Both the position numbers and the translations under genes were made by a program. The notes below the pieces were generated by a model, which was not told the origin of the DNA, did not search any database, and saw nothing but the letters and a program-made list of their open reading frames with translations. DNA of 39,815 bases from Phycisphaerae bacterium (GTDB taxonomy: Bacteria; Planctomycetota; Phycisphaerae; SM23-33): positions 1-39,815 of the forward strand of contig JBKHHV010000001.1 in assembly GCA_046539005.1 (NCBI GenBank). The letters are read 5' to 3'. Positions 1 through 9,439 of this stretch are shown in pieces. The first letter of the stretch is position 1. Every line of letters begins with the position of its first letter.

Positions 1-128
1 AGGTCAACGACAAGCTCGATCGCCTGCGAATGTAGCATGCGGCAGGAGTTGCAGGGGGGTTGTCCCCTCAGAACGGAACGCGGGTTGTGGCTCCCGCCGG
101 GCGCCGCGCAAGGCGGGGGAGCCCGCGC

Positions 129-158
129 GTGACACGCCCCCCGAAGACTTGATACAAT
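129..158 (+). promoter_or_regulatory. Candidate sigma70-like promoter (GTGACA-N18-TACAAT) upstream of the 194..1516 CDS
   Basis: GTGACA at 129-134, an 18-nt spacer, and TACAAT at 153-158. The site lies about 36 nt upstream of the ATG at 194. Sequence pattern only. Confidence 0.3.
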
Positions 159-193
159 ACTGCGAACCGCTTTCCTTACTCACGGGTGACACC

Positions 194-1516
194 ATGAACA
201 GGACAACGATTTTCGTGCTGACGACGGTGCTGTTGGCGGGGTCTCTGACCCGGGCCGACGTCGACCTGGCACAGCCTTACCGCGACCCGCTCAGCGGGTT
301 CAGCATCCGCCCGCCCAAGGGCGCCCAGCGCAAGCTCAAGACCGGCACCGCCACGCTCGCCCAGTGGCTCCAGCGCGACGAGGATTCCGGGGCGATCGTC
401 TGGACGCTTACCGTTTCCAAGGCGGCCTACAAGGTGAAGGAAGACGAGGAGTTCAACCTTCGCGAGTACGGCAAGCAGTTGTCGAAGGAGATGATGCAGC
501 GCGACCGCTTCAAGGTCGAGAAGCTCAGCTTCGGCTCCGTCGACAAAAAGCCCGCGATCACCATGGCCGGGCAGTCGGCCGGGACGCTGAAGTTCTGGCA
601 GAAGCAGGTCTGGGTGCGTTCCAAGCCGGGGCGTTTTCTGGTGTTTACGTTGTTCGGTCCGCTCAACAAAGCCGACCGCCTTCGCTCGGTCATGGACAAG
701 GTGATGGACAACGTCACCATCACCGACCCCGAGGAGGAACTCAAACGCCGGCAGACCTATCTGCGCAACGGCAAGGTGGCGCTGCTGGGGCTGACCAGGG
801 AAGCCGTCGCCAAAGCCGCCGCCGACAAGCCTTTGTGGATGCTCATGAAGCTCAAGGGCAAGACCGTCGGCTGGATGCGCCAGAGCGAAAGCATGGACAA
901 GGAGCAGCAGTTCGAGGGGCTCAAGGTGGTGACCCACAGCTCGGCCGAGTTGCCCAAGAGCCCGGTGCGCCTCAGCAAGTCGGACATGTTCTCCTCCATC
1001 GGGCGAACCTACGAACGCTGGACCGAGTTGCTGCAGATCGGCTCGGGCAAGACGGCCGTCTCGTTCATGGAAAAGGCGTTCCGCAAGGATCGGGTGATCC
1101 TGTGCAACGCCAGCCGCAACGGCAAGGCGCTGCCGGTGCTCAAGCGCGAGGACGTGCCCGCCCAATGGTTCCTGCCCAAGGCAATAGGAATGATGCTCCC
1201 GCGATTTCTGGACCTGGACAAGCCCAGAACGTATGCTTTTGCCACGTACAACAGCCGCACCAACAAGTACGACATGCGACTGTTCGTGGTCGGAGAGACG
1301 GTCATGGTCGAGCACGGCGGGCGACGTGTCAAGGCGATCCGCTGCCAGGACCAGGCCCACTGGGACAAGGAACCCGCCACGGTCTACCTGAAGCCCGACG
1401 GGACGCTCATCCGGCTGGAGACGGCCGACGAGTTCGTGGTGGAACTCAGCGACGAGGCGACCGTCCGCAGGAAATTCCCGAAAGTCAACGACGTCATCAA
1501 GGCCCTGGACCGCTGA
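194..1516 (+). CDS. Hypothetical secreted protein (N-terminal signal peptide)
   Basis: Long ORF with high third-position GC. The internal ATG at 194 gives MNRTTIFVLTTVLLAGSLTRADV, which is signal-peptide-like. I recognise no family motif. Confidence 0.7.
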   Translation: MNRTTIFVLTTVLLAGSLTRADVDLAQPYRDPLSGFSIRPPKGAQRKLKTGTATLAQWLQRDEDSGAIVWTLTVSKAAYKVKEDEEFNLREYGKQLSKEMMQRDRFKVEKLSFGSVDKKPAITMAGQSAGTLKFWQKQVWVRSKPGRFLVFTLFGPLNKADRLRSVMDKVMDNVTITDPEEELKRRQTYLRNGKVALLGLTREAVAKAAADKPLWMLMKLKGKTVGWMRQSESMDKEQQFEGLKVVTHSSAELPKSPVRLSKSDMFSSIGRTYERWTELLQIGSGKTAVSFMEKAFRKDRVILCNASRNGKALPVLKREDVPAQWFLPKAIGMMLPRFLDLDKPRTYAFATYNSRTNKYDMRLFVVGETVMVEHGGRRVKAIRCQDQAHWDKEPATVYLKPDGTLIRLETADEFVVELSDEATVRRKFPKVNDVIKALDR

Positions 1517-1550
1517 ACGCGAGCCGGGCAAACCAGGAGATCGGCCGTAC

Positions 1551-2564
1551 ATGAGTGAACCGAAGGTGCACGACGTGATTATCGTCGGGGCCGGGCCCGC
1601 AGGGCTGGCGGCCGCGCTGTATTCCGCCCGCGACCGCTACGACACCGTCCTGCTGGAGAAGAACGGCCTGCCGGGCGGGCAGATCATGCTCACCGAGTCC
1701 ATCGAGAACTACCCCGGCTTCAAGCACGTGGGCGGGATGGAACTGGTCGAGCACATGAAGCAGCAGGTCGTGGACTTCGGGGCGAATATCCTCGCCAACA
1801 AGGCGGTCGACTCGCTGAGCCGCCGCGACGAGGGGCTGCTGGAACTGTCGGTCAACCGCGGCGAGGAAACCTTCCTCGCCCGGGCGGTCATCCTGGCTCC
1901 GGGCAGCGATTACCGCCAACTCGGTGTGCCCGGCGAGGATCAACTCCGCCAGGCCACCCGCGTGAGCTACTGCGCCACCTGCGACGGGGCGTTCTACCGC
2001 GACAAGGAGGTGCTGGTGGTCGGCGGGGGCAACACGGCCGTCGAGGACGCAGTGTACCTGGCGACCCGCTTTACCAGGAAGCTTACCCTCATCCACCGTC
2101 GGACCGAGTTCCGCGCCCAGAAGGTACTGGTGGAAGAGTTGCAGAGCCTTGCCGAGAAGGACGGCAGCGTGGAGATCAAGCTGCCCTACGTCCTGGACGA
2201 AATCGTCCCCACCGAAAGCGGCACCGAGGTGGACCACGTGCGGATCCGCAACGTGGAAACCGACGAGTTGGAGAAACTCACCGTCGACGGGGTATTCATC
2301 TTCGCGGGGATGATCCCGAATACGTCGTTCCTTCGCGACAGCGTGAAGATGAACGAGGCCGGCTACATCGCCTGCGACTGCGTGACGCTGAAGACCTCCC
2401 TGCCGGGGGTGTTCGTGGCCGGCGACTGCCGACAGCAGGCGGCGATGCAGCTTGCGACCGCGACGGCCGACGGGGTGGTGGCGGCGATGATGATGAAGGA
2501 CTACTTCCGCAGTCCCGACACCTGGGACGAGACCCTCGGCGAGGACGGGGTGAAGGAACGCTAG
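1551..2564 (+). CDS. trxB: Thioredoxin-disulfide reductase
   Basis: FAD motif IIVGAGPAGLAAALY, redox-active CATCDG, NADPH motif VVGGGNTAVEDA and C-terminal GVFVAGDC. Length is 337 aa, with a short acidic C-terminal extension. Confidence 0.9.
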   Translation: MSEPKVHDVIIVGAGPAGLAAALYSARDRYDTVLLEKNGLPGGQIMLTESIENYPGFKHVGGMELVEHMKQQVVDFGANILANKAVDSLSRRDEGLLELSVNRGEETFLARAVILAPGSDYRQLGVPGEDQLRQATRVSYCATCDGAFYRDKEVLVVGGGNTAVEDAVYLATRFTRKLTLIHRRTEFRAQKVLVEELQSLAEKDGSVEIKLPYVLDEIVPTESGTEVDHVRIRNVETDELEKLTVDGVFIFAGMIPNTSFLRDSVKMNEAGYIACDCVTLKTSLPGVFVAGDCRQQAAMQLATATADGVVAAMMMKDYFRSPDTWDETLGEDGVKER

Positions 2565-2623
2565 ACACGCTGGACGGTCGGTGTTGCCTGATCGCCCGGG
2601 CGGGGAACCCAAGGAGACGCGAG

Positions 2624-3346
2624 ATGGGATTCGGCAGAGAGGATGCGAGCCTGCAGGACAGGCTCAGCGCCATGGGCCAAGCTTCCGAGAGCCCGGCCGT
2701 CAAGGCGTTTGTGGCGAAGGTGTTCGGCTGGATGTCCGGGGGGCTGCTGCTGACGGCGATCGTGGCGCTGCTGACCGCCCAGTCACAGGCCGCACTGCGG
2801 GTAGTCAGCCAGTGGTGGATCGGGCTGGTCATCGCCGAGATCGTACTGGTGGTGGTGATTTCCTGGGGCATCAACCGCATCCCGGCGACATTGGCGACCG
2901 GGTTGTTCGTGTTATACGCGGGCATCAACGGGTTGACGCTGTCCTTCATCTTCCTGGCGTACACCTCGGCGTCGATCTCGCTGACGTTTTTCGTCACGGC
3001 CGGTACGTTCGGGGCGATGGCGTTGTATGGCTACACCACCAAACGCGACCTGACCAGTTGGGGCTCGCTGGGCTTCATGCTGCTGATCGGGATAATCATC
3101 GCCTCGATCGCCAACTGGTTCATCGCCAGCACGATGCTCTACTGGATCATCACCTACGTGGGCGTGTTCGTGTTCGTGGCGCTGACCGCCTACGACACGC
3201 AGAAGATCAAGTCCTACGTCAGCGGCGACGGGTACGAAGACGCCGAGTACGTCCAGAAGGCGGCCGTGGTGGGCGCCCTGGACCTCTACCTGGACTTCGT
3301 ACTGCTGTTCATCTACCTGCTGCGGATCTTCGGACGCGAGCGGTAG
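2624..3346 (+). CDS. Bax inhibitor-1/YccA family membrane protein
   Basis: Roughly 7 hydrophobic segments and the family-typical TAYDTQKIK motif. AAGGAG lies 7 nt upstream of the ATG. Confidence 0.85.
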   Translation: MGFGREDASLQDRLSAMGQASESPAVKAFVAKVFGWMSGGLLLTAIVALLTAQSQAALRVVSQWWIGLVIAEIVLVVVISWGINRIPATLATGLFVLYAGINGLTLSFIFLAYTSASISLTFFVTAGTFGAMALYGYTTKRDLTSWGSLGFMLLIGIIIASIANWFIASTMLYWIITYVGVFVFVALTAYDTQKIKSYVSGDGYEDAEYVQKAAVVGALDLYLDFVLLFIYLLRIFGRER

Positions 3347-3394
3347 AACGCCGCCCGCCGGGCAGAGGAGCCACACACATCCTGAAGGAGACGC

Positions 3395-4156
3395 ATGAGT
3401 GAGCGCAGTGGCGTAAAGGTACTGAGTGGGCGCACCGCCCTGGTTACCGGCGGCGCTCGAAGGCTCGGGCGGGCCATCGTCGAAGCCCTCGCGACCGCCG
3501 AGGCGCGGGTGGTTGTGCACTACAACTCCTCCTCCCAGGAGGCCGAGGAACTGGTGGAGACGTTGCGGGAGCAGGGCCGCGACGCCTGGTCCATCTCCGC
3601 CGATCTCTGCGAGACCGGGCAGGCCGACCGGCTGCTGCCCCGGGCGTCGGAACTGTGCGGCAGCCCCATCGAGGTGCTGGTCAACAGCGCGTCGGTTTTC
3701 CCCGCCGACAGCGTCCTGGACGTGACCGCCGCCAGCCTTACCCAGAACATGAACCTGCACACCTATGCCCCCTTGGCGCTGGCGAGGGGAATGGCCAACC
3801 AACGCCGCCGCGGACAGATTCTCAACATGCTGGACACCCGCGTGGTCGACTACGACCGCAAGCACGCCTCCTACCATCTTTCCAAGCGGGGGCTGTTCAC
3901 GCTCACGCGGATGCTGGCGATCGAACTGGCGCCGGAAATCGCCGTCAATGCCGTGGCGCCCGGGCTCATCCTGCCCCCGCCCGGCGAGGATGAAACCTAC
4001 CTGCGGCGGCTCGCCCACACCAATCCGCTCAACCGCCACGGGGAGGCGGCCGACGTGGTCGACGCGGCGATGTTTCTGCTGGGAAGCTCCTTCATCACCG
4101 GGCAGGTCATCTTCGTCGATGGCGGCCGACACCTGAAGGGACGCGTCTATGACTGA
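3395..4156 (+). CDS. SDR-family oxidoreductase, possibly a pteridine/dihydromonapterin reductase (FolM/PTR1-like)
   Basis: TGGARRLGRAIV cofactor motif, VNSAS, and catalytic YHLSK (YxxxK). Its stop overlaps the folB start by 8 nt. The pterin function is inferred from that context only. Confidence 0.75.
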   Translation: MSERSGVKVLSGRTALVTGGARRLGRAIVEALATAEARVVVHYNSSSQEAEELVETLREQGRDAWSISADLCETGQADRLLPRASELCGSPIEVLVNSASVFPADSVLDVTAASLTQNMNLHTYAPLALARGMANQRRRGQILNMLDTRVVDYDRKHASYHLSKRGLFTLTRMLAIELAPEIAVNAVAPGLILPPPGEDETYLRRLAHTNPLNRHGEAADVVDAAMFLLGSSFITGQVIFVDGGRHLKGRVYD

Positions 4157-4523
4157 CCCCCGCGGGGCCACCGACCGGATCGTCATCCGCGACCTGCGGT
4201 TCCGCTGCATCATCGGCGTCAACCCCGACGAACGCCGCGAGAAGCAGGACGTCGTGGTCAATGTGGAACTGCTGGCCGACCTGCGGGATGCCTCGACCAG
4301 TGACGACATGGCCGACACGATCGACTATTCGCGCGTCAAGAAGCAGATCGTCGCCATGGGCGAGCAGTCCGACTGCATGCTGGTGGAGCGGCTCGCCCAG
4401 AAGGTGTCCGACATCTGCCTGGCCGACGAACGCGTCGTGGAGGCGAAGGTGCTCGTGGAGAAGCCCTCGGCACTGCGCTTCGCCCGGTCGGTGGGTGTGG
4501 AGATCGTGCGGCGAAGACGGTGA
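4149..4523 (+). CDS. folB: Dihydroneopterin aldolase
   Basis: 124 aa. IVIRDLRFRCIIGVNPDERREKQDVVVNVEL plus DYSRV are FolB-like. It sits between the SDR gene and folK with overlapping stop/start codons. Confidence 0.8.
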   Translation: MTDPRGATDRIVIRDLRFRCIIGVNPDERREKQDVVVNVELLADLRDASTSDDMADTIDYSRVKKQIVAMGEQSDCMLVERLAQKVSDICLADERVVEAKVLVEKPSALRFARSVGVEIVRRRR

Positions 4524-5068
4524 GCGATCGGCCTACCGGCACCCGGGCATTTGTGGGCGTGGGCTCCAACATCGAGCCCCGGCGGAACATCCCTGCCGCC
4601 CTGCGGCGCCTGAAGGTAGTCGTGACCGTCGTCGGCTGCAGCACCTTCTACCGCACCGAGCCGATCGGCGCCCCCCATCAGCCGGCGTTCCTCAACGGCC
4701 TGTGGGAAGTGCGGACCGACCTGCCGCCGAGGGCGCTCAAAGCGCGGCTTCACGCCATCGAGGCCGACCTGGGCCGACGCCGAACCGCCGACCCCAACGC
4801 CCCGCGTCCGATCGACCTGGACCTGGTGGTCTACGGCGACCTCACCTGCGAAGAGCCCGACCTCGTGCTGCCGCACCCGGACCTGGAGCGCGACTTCGTG
4901 CACGCACCGCTGCTGGAACTGGCGCCGGAGATTCTCGACGGCCCGCTGGGAGACGCCATCGGCGGCTGGATCGGCCGAACCCCTGCCCGTCGGCCGACAG
5001 GCGAGCCAGACCGGTCGCTGACGGGCGCACTTCGGGCCATGTTGGAGGGGGAACAGCAGGGGATGTAG
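4520..5068 (+). CDS. folK: 2-amino-4-hydroxy-6-hydroxymethyldihydropteridine diphosphokinase
   Basis: AFVGVGSNIEPRRNI, FYRTEPIG, RPIDLDLVVYGD and LVLPHPDLERDFV are HPPK motifs. The GTG start overlaps the folB stop (GTGA). Confidence 0.85.
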   Translation: MSDRPTGTRAFVGVGSNIEPRRNIPAALRRLKVVVTVVGCSTFYRTEPIGAPHQPAFLNGLWEVRTDLPPRALKARLHAIEADLGRRRTADPNAPRPIDLDLVVYGDLTCEEPDLVLPHPDLERDFVHAPLLELAPEILDGPLGDAIGGWIGRTPARRPTGEPDRSLTGALRAMLEGEQQGM

Positions 5069-5137
5069 CTCGGCAGTCTGCGAGGGATCGCCACGGCCGA
5101 CGTTCTGCCGGCGCGCCCTTGTGCTACCGCCTGATCC

Positions 5138-6007
5138 TTACGGCTTGCAGTAGTCCACCAGTTTCGCCAGTTCGCTGCGGAGTTCCAGGCGCGAGACGAT
5201 CATGTCCACGAAGCCGTGGTCCTGCAGGAACTCGGCCCGCTGGAAGCCTTCGGGCAGCTCGGCCTTGATCGTGTTGGCGATGACCCGCGCCCCGGCAAAG
5301 CCGATCAGCGCGTTGGGCTCGGCGATGATCAGGTCGGCCAGCGACGCCCAGCTTGCCAGCACGCCGGCCATGGTGGGCTCGGCGAACACGGCGATGTACA
5401 GCCCGCCGGCCTCGTGGAACCGCGCCGCGGCGGCCGAGGTCTTGCCCATCTGCATCAGGCTCAGCACGCCTTCCTGCATGCGTGCCCCGCCGGACATGCA
5501 CACCATGATGACCGGCAGGTCGTGCTCGGTGGCGTATTCCAGCAGGCGGGTGACCTTCTCGCCCACCACACAACCCATCGAGGCCATGATGAAATCGCCG
5601 TTCATCACCCCCAGGCACACCCGGCGTCCCTTGATGTACGCCACCCCGGTCAGCAACGCCTCGGTGGTGCCGGCCTTCTTCTGGTAGCGGCCTACGTACT
5701 CGCTGTACTTCTGCCCGCGCCACTCGAATTCCAGCGGGTCGGCCGGGGCGATGTCGCCGAAAAGTTCCTCGAAGGAGTCGGGGTCCACAAGCTGCTCGAT
5801 GCGTTCCCACGCACCGACGCGGAAATGGTTTCCGCATTCGGGGCAGACCTGCAGGTTCTCCACTACGGTTTTGCGGTAGAGAATGCCTTCGCAGTCGGGG
5901 CATCGAAGCCACAGCCCGTCGGGGATGTCGCGTTTTTCGCGCATCGCCGGGCCGGAAAAGGTGGACGGGTCGTACGGATGGACGGGTTCGCTCTGGGGTT
6001 CTGCCAT
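5138..6007 (-). CDS. accD: Acetyl-CoA carboxylase carboxyltransferase beta subunit
   Basis: N-terminal zinc ribbon CPDCEGILYRKTVVENLQVCPECGNH, followed by a carboxyltransferase domain (GGARMQEG, FAGARVI). I start it at the ATG at 6007 (MAEPQ). The 471-aa ORF in the track is an upstream extension that runs through the neighbouring gene. Confidence 0.9.
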   Translation of the reverse strand: MAEPQSEPVHPYDPSTFSGPAMREKRDIPDGLWLRCPDCEGILYRKTVVENLQVCPECGNHFRVGAWERIEQLVDPDSFEELFGDIAPADPLEFEWRGQKYSEYVGRYQKKAGTTEALLTGVAYIKGRRVCLGVMNGDFIMASMGCVVGEKVTRLLEYATEHDLPVIMVCMSGGARMQEGVLSLMQMGKTSAAAARFHEAGGLYIAVFAEPTMAGVLASWASLADLIIAEPNALIGFAGARVIANTIKAELPEGFQRAEFLQDHGFVDMIVSRLELRSELAKLVDYCKP

Positions 6008-6009
6008 GG

Positions 6010-6618
6010 TCAGGTTCCGCTGAGTGTCTGGTCGTTGGTTTCGTAGGCGCCCCAGGTGAAGTCGGGATCGCCGTTGCACCACAATGCTTCGACGTCTTCT
6101 TCCCGCATGATACTCCGCAGCAGCGTCAGCGCCACCGGCCGAAGGACCAGCAACGGGCTTCCGCCGCCTTTCCGTTTGCGGAGGATATCTCGCAGGGCCT
6201 GCCGCAGTCGTTGCTGGGCATCCTGCAGCGATTCTCCGCCGGGGGGCTGGACGGTCATGGGGGCCTTGGTCCACCGGCGGTAGACCCGCTCGTGGCGTCG
6301 CCGGATGTCCTCCAGCGTCAGTCCCTGCCACAGGCCATAGTCGATCTCCCGCAGGGCGTCGCTCTTGTGGCGTTTGACGCCCAGTCGCTTGGCGAGGATA
6401 CGGGCGGTCTGCTGCTCGGCCTCTCCGGGGGGGGCGTAGACGGCGCTGATCCGGCAGTCGCTCAGTTCCTCGGCCAGGCGGCGGGCTTCCTGCACGCCTT
6501 CTTCCGAGAGCGGAGCACCGGCGGCGCTCTCCACGCGTCCCTGCTCCTCCCACACCGTCGTGCCGGTGCGGGCAATATAGACCGTGACCACTTTCTTCTT
6601 CAGGGCAGCCTTGGTCAT
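6010..6618 (-). CDS. Histidine phosphatase (PGAM/cofactor-dependent mutase) superfamily-like protein with a degenerate active site
   Basis: Family-like layout: YIARTGTTVWEEQGR in place of RHGET-W, EIDYGLWQGLTLEDI, and PPGGESLQDAQQR. Start is at 6618 (MTKAAL), one nt from the rpe stop. Its stop is 2 nt from the accD start. Confidence 0.7.
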   Translation of the reverse strand: MTKAALKKKVVTVYIARTGTTVWEEQGRVESAAGAPLSEEGVQEARRLAEELSDCRISAVYAPPGEAEQQTARILAKRLGVKRHKSDALREIDYGLWQGLTLEDIRRRHERVYRRWTKAPMTVQPPGGESLQDAQQRLRQALRDILRKRKGGGSPLLVLRPVALTLLRSIMREEDVEALWCNGDPDFTWGAYETNDQTLSGT

Positions 6619-6619
6619 G

Positions 6620-7369
6620 TCATTCGCCTCGCGCGGCCGAGAGAAGCGCACCCACCGCGGCAGGGATGTCCGCCGCCCCGAACACGTTCTCTCCGGCGAC
6701 GTACGTATCGGCCCCGGCCTCGGCACAGAGGCGGGCGGTGTCGGGATTGATCCCGCCATCCACCTCCAGCCGCTGCTCGGGCGTGAGCATCTCGCGAACA
6801 TCACGAATTTTCGACAACTGGTCCCGCATGAACTTCTGCCCGCCGTAGCCGGGCTCCACGGTCATTACCAACACCATGTCCACCTGCTGCACCACCCCGC
6901 GGAGCGACTCGGCCGAGGTGCCCGGCCGCAGGGTGATCCCCGCGCCCAGTCCCAGTTCGTGGAGGCGCTCGATCAGCCGCATCGCCTGCAGTTCGGCCGC
7001 GGCCTGCTCGTCGGTCCCGGTGGGGGGCTCCGGCGAGCCGCTGCGGCAGCAGGCCTCGATGTGGAAGGTGATGCTGTCGGCCCCGGCGTCGGCGAACCGT
7101 TCGATGTAGTAGGCCGGGTCGGTGAGCATCAGGTGCACGTCCAGCGGGGCATCGGTATACCGGCGGATCTTCTTTATGAAGCCCGGGCCCATGGAGAGAT
7201 TGGGCACAAAGTGCCCGTCCATGATGTCCACGTGCAGCACCTCGGCCCCGGCGGCAAGGACCTCGTCGATCTGCCCGGCCGGGCATGCGAAGTCCGACGC
7301 CAGGAGCGACGGTGCGATCACGGGTTGGCCCGCAAGCGGGCCCCACGGGTTGTTCGGGTCTCTGCTCAT
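6620..7369 (-). CDS. rpe: Ribulose-phosphate 3-epimerase
   Basis: IAPSLLASDF, HVDIMDGHFVPNLS, LDVHLM, TVEPGYGGQKF and VDGGIN. I chose the start at ATG 7369 (MSRDPN). The track ORF extends to 7438. Confidence 0.9.
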   Translation of the reverse strand: MSRDPNNPWGPLAGQPVIAPSLLASDFACPAGQIDEVLAAGAEVLHVDIMDGHFVPNLSMGPGFIKKIRRYTDAPLDVHLMLTDPAYYIERFADAGADSITFHIEACCRSGSPEPPTGTDEQAAAELQAMRLIERLHELGLGAGITLRPGTSAESLRGVVQQVDMVLVMTVEPGYGGQKFMRDQLSKIRDVREMLTPEQRLEVDGGINPDTARLCAEAGADTYVAGENVFGAADIPAAVGALLSAARGE

Positions 7370-7439
7370 GCTCTCTGCCAGCAAAGCAAAACCCACCGCA
7401 CACGGCGGTGGGTCAACACGGAGTATTGTACGGGTCAAC

Positions 7440-7469
7440 CCCCGCTCTGTCTACCCCCGCTTTGTCTAC
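7440..7469. repeat. Tandem 15-bp direct repeat CCCCGCT(C/T)TGTCTAC x2 in the rpe/lysS divergent intergenic region
   Basis: Copies at 7440-7454 and 7455-7469 differ at one position. Read directly from the sequence. Confidence 0.9.
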
Positions 7470-7580
7470 CGAAGTTGACTTGACCGGTTTGTGATAAGCC
7501 CCACCGCGCCCAGCCGACGCTTGACTATCCGCCCCTCGTCGGGGAATATGCTTCCTTTGACCCAAGCAAGGTGAACGCAC

Positions 7581-9299
<1,719 letters not shown>

Positions 9300-9307
9300 C
9301 CTGGTGC

Positions 9308-9330
9308 CACGGGTATCCCCGATACCCGTG
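9308..9330 (+). terminator. Perfect 10-bp-stem hairpin 9 nt after the lysS stop (no U-tract)
   Basis: CACGGGTATC-CCC-GATACCCGTG. It has no T-run, so it is terminator-like or a stabiliser, not a canonical intrinsic terminator. Confidence 0.4.
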
Positions 9331-9439
9331 CGGATCGGCCGTGAAGGTGCCAAGGCCCCGGCGTGGTAAAGGCGCGCCATTCGTAACCTGCTGCCGAAAG
9401 CTTATCACTGACTGCTTACTGCTTATCGCTGAATAGCCC

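Noticed and set aside
1-35. Possible 3' end of an upstream + strand gene (..VNDKLDRLRM-stop), whose tail resembles the KVNDVIKALDR-stop end of the 194..1516 protein
   Set aside because: Only 11 codons are visible, too little to support a feature or a paralogy claim.
5138-6553. N-terminally extended track ORFs: accD as 471 aa, rpe to 7438, gcvPA to 14819, gcvT to 16478, HAD to 26713, kinase from 26653, murA from 34870, hydB from 16990, paralog B from 31941, and hydC inside 19434..21614
   Set aside because: The extensions are Arg/Pro-rich and lack family similarity. They often run through the neighbouring gene. Internal starts with SD-like sequences reproduce normal family lengths.
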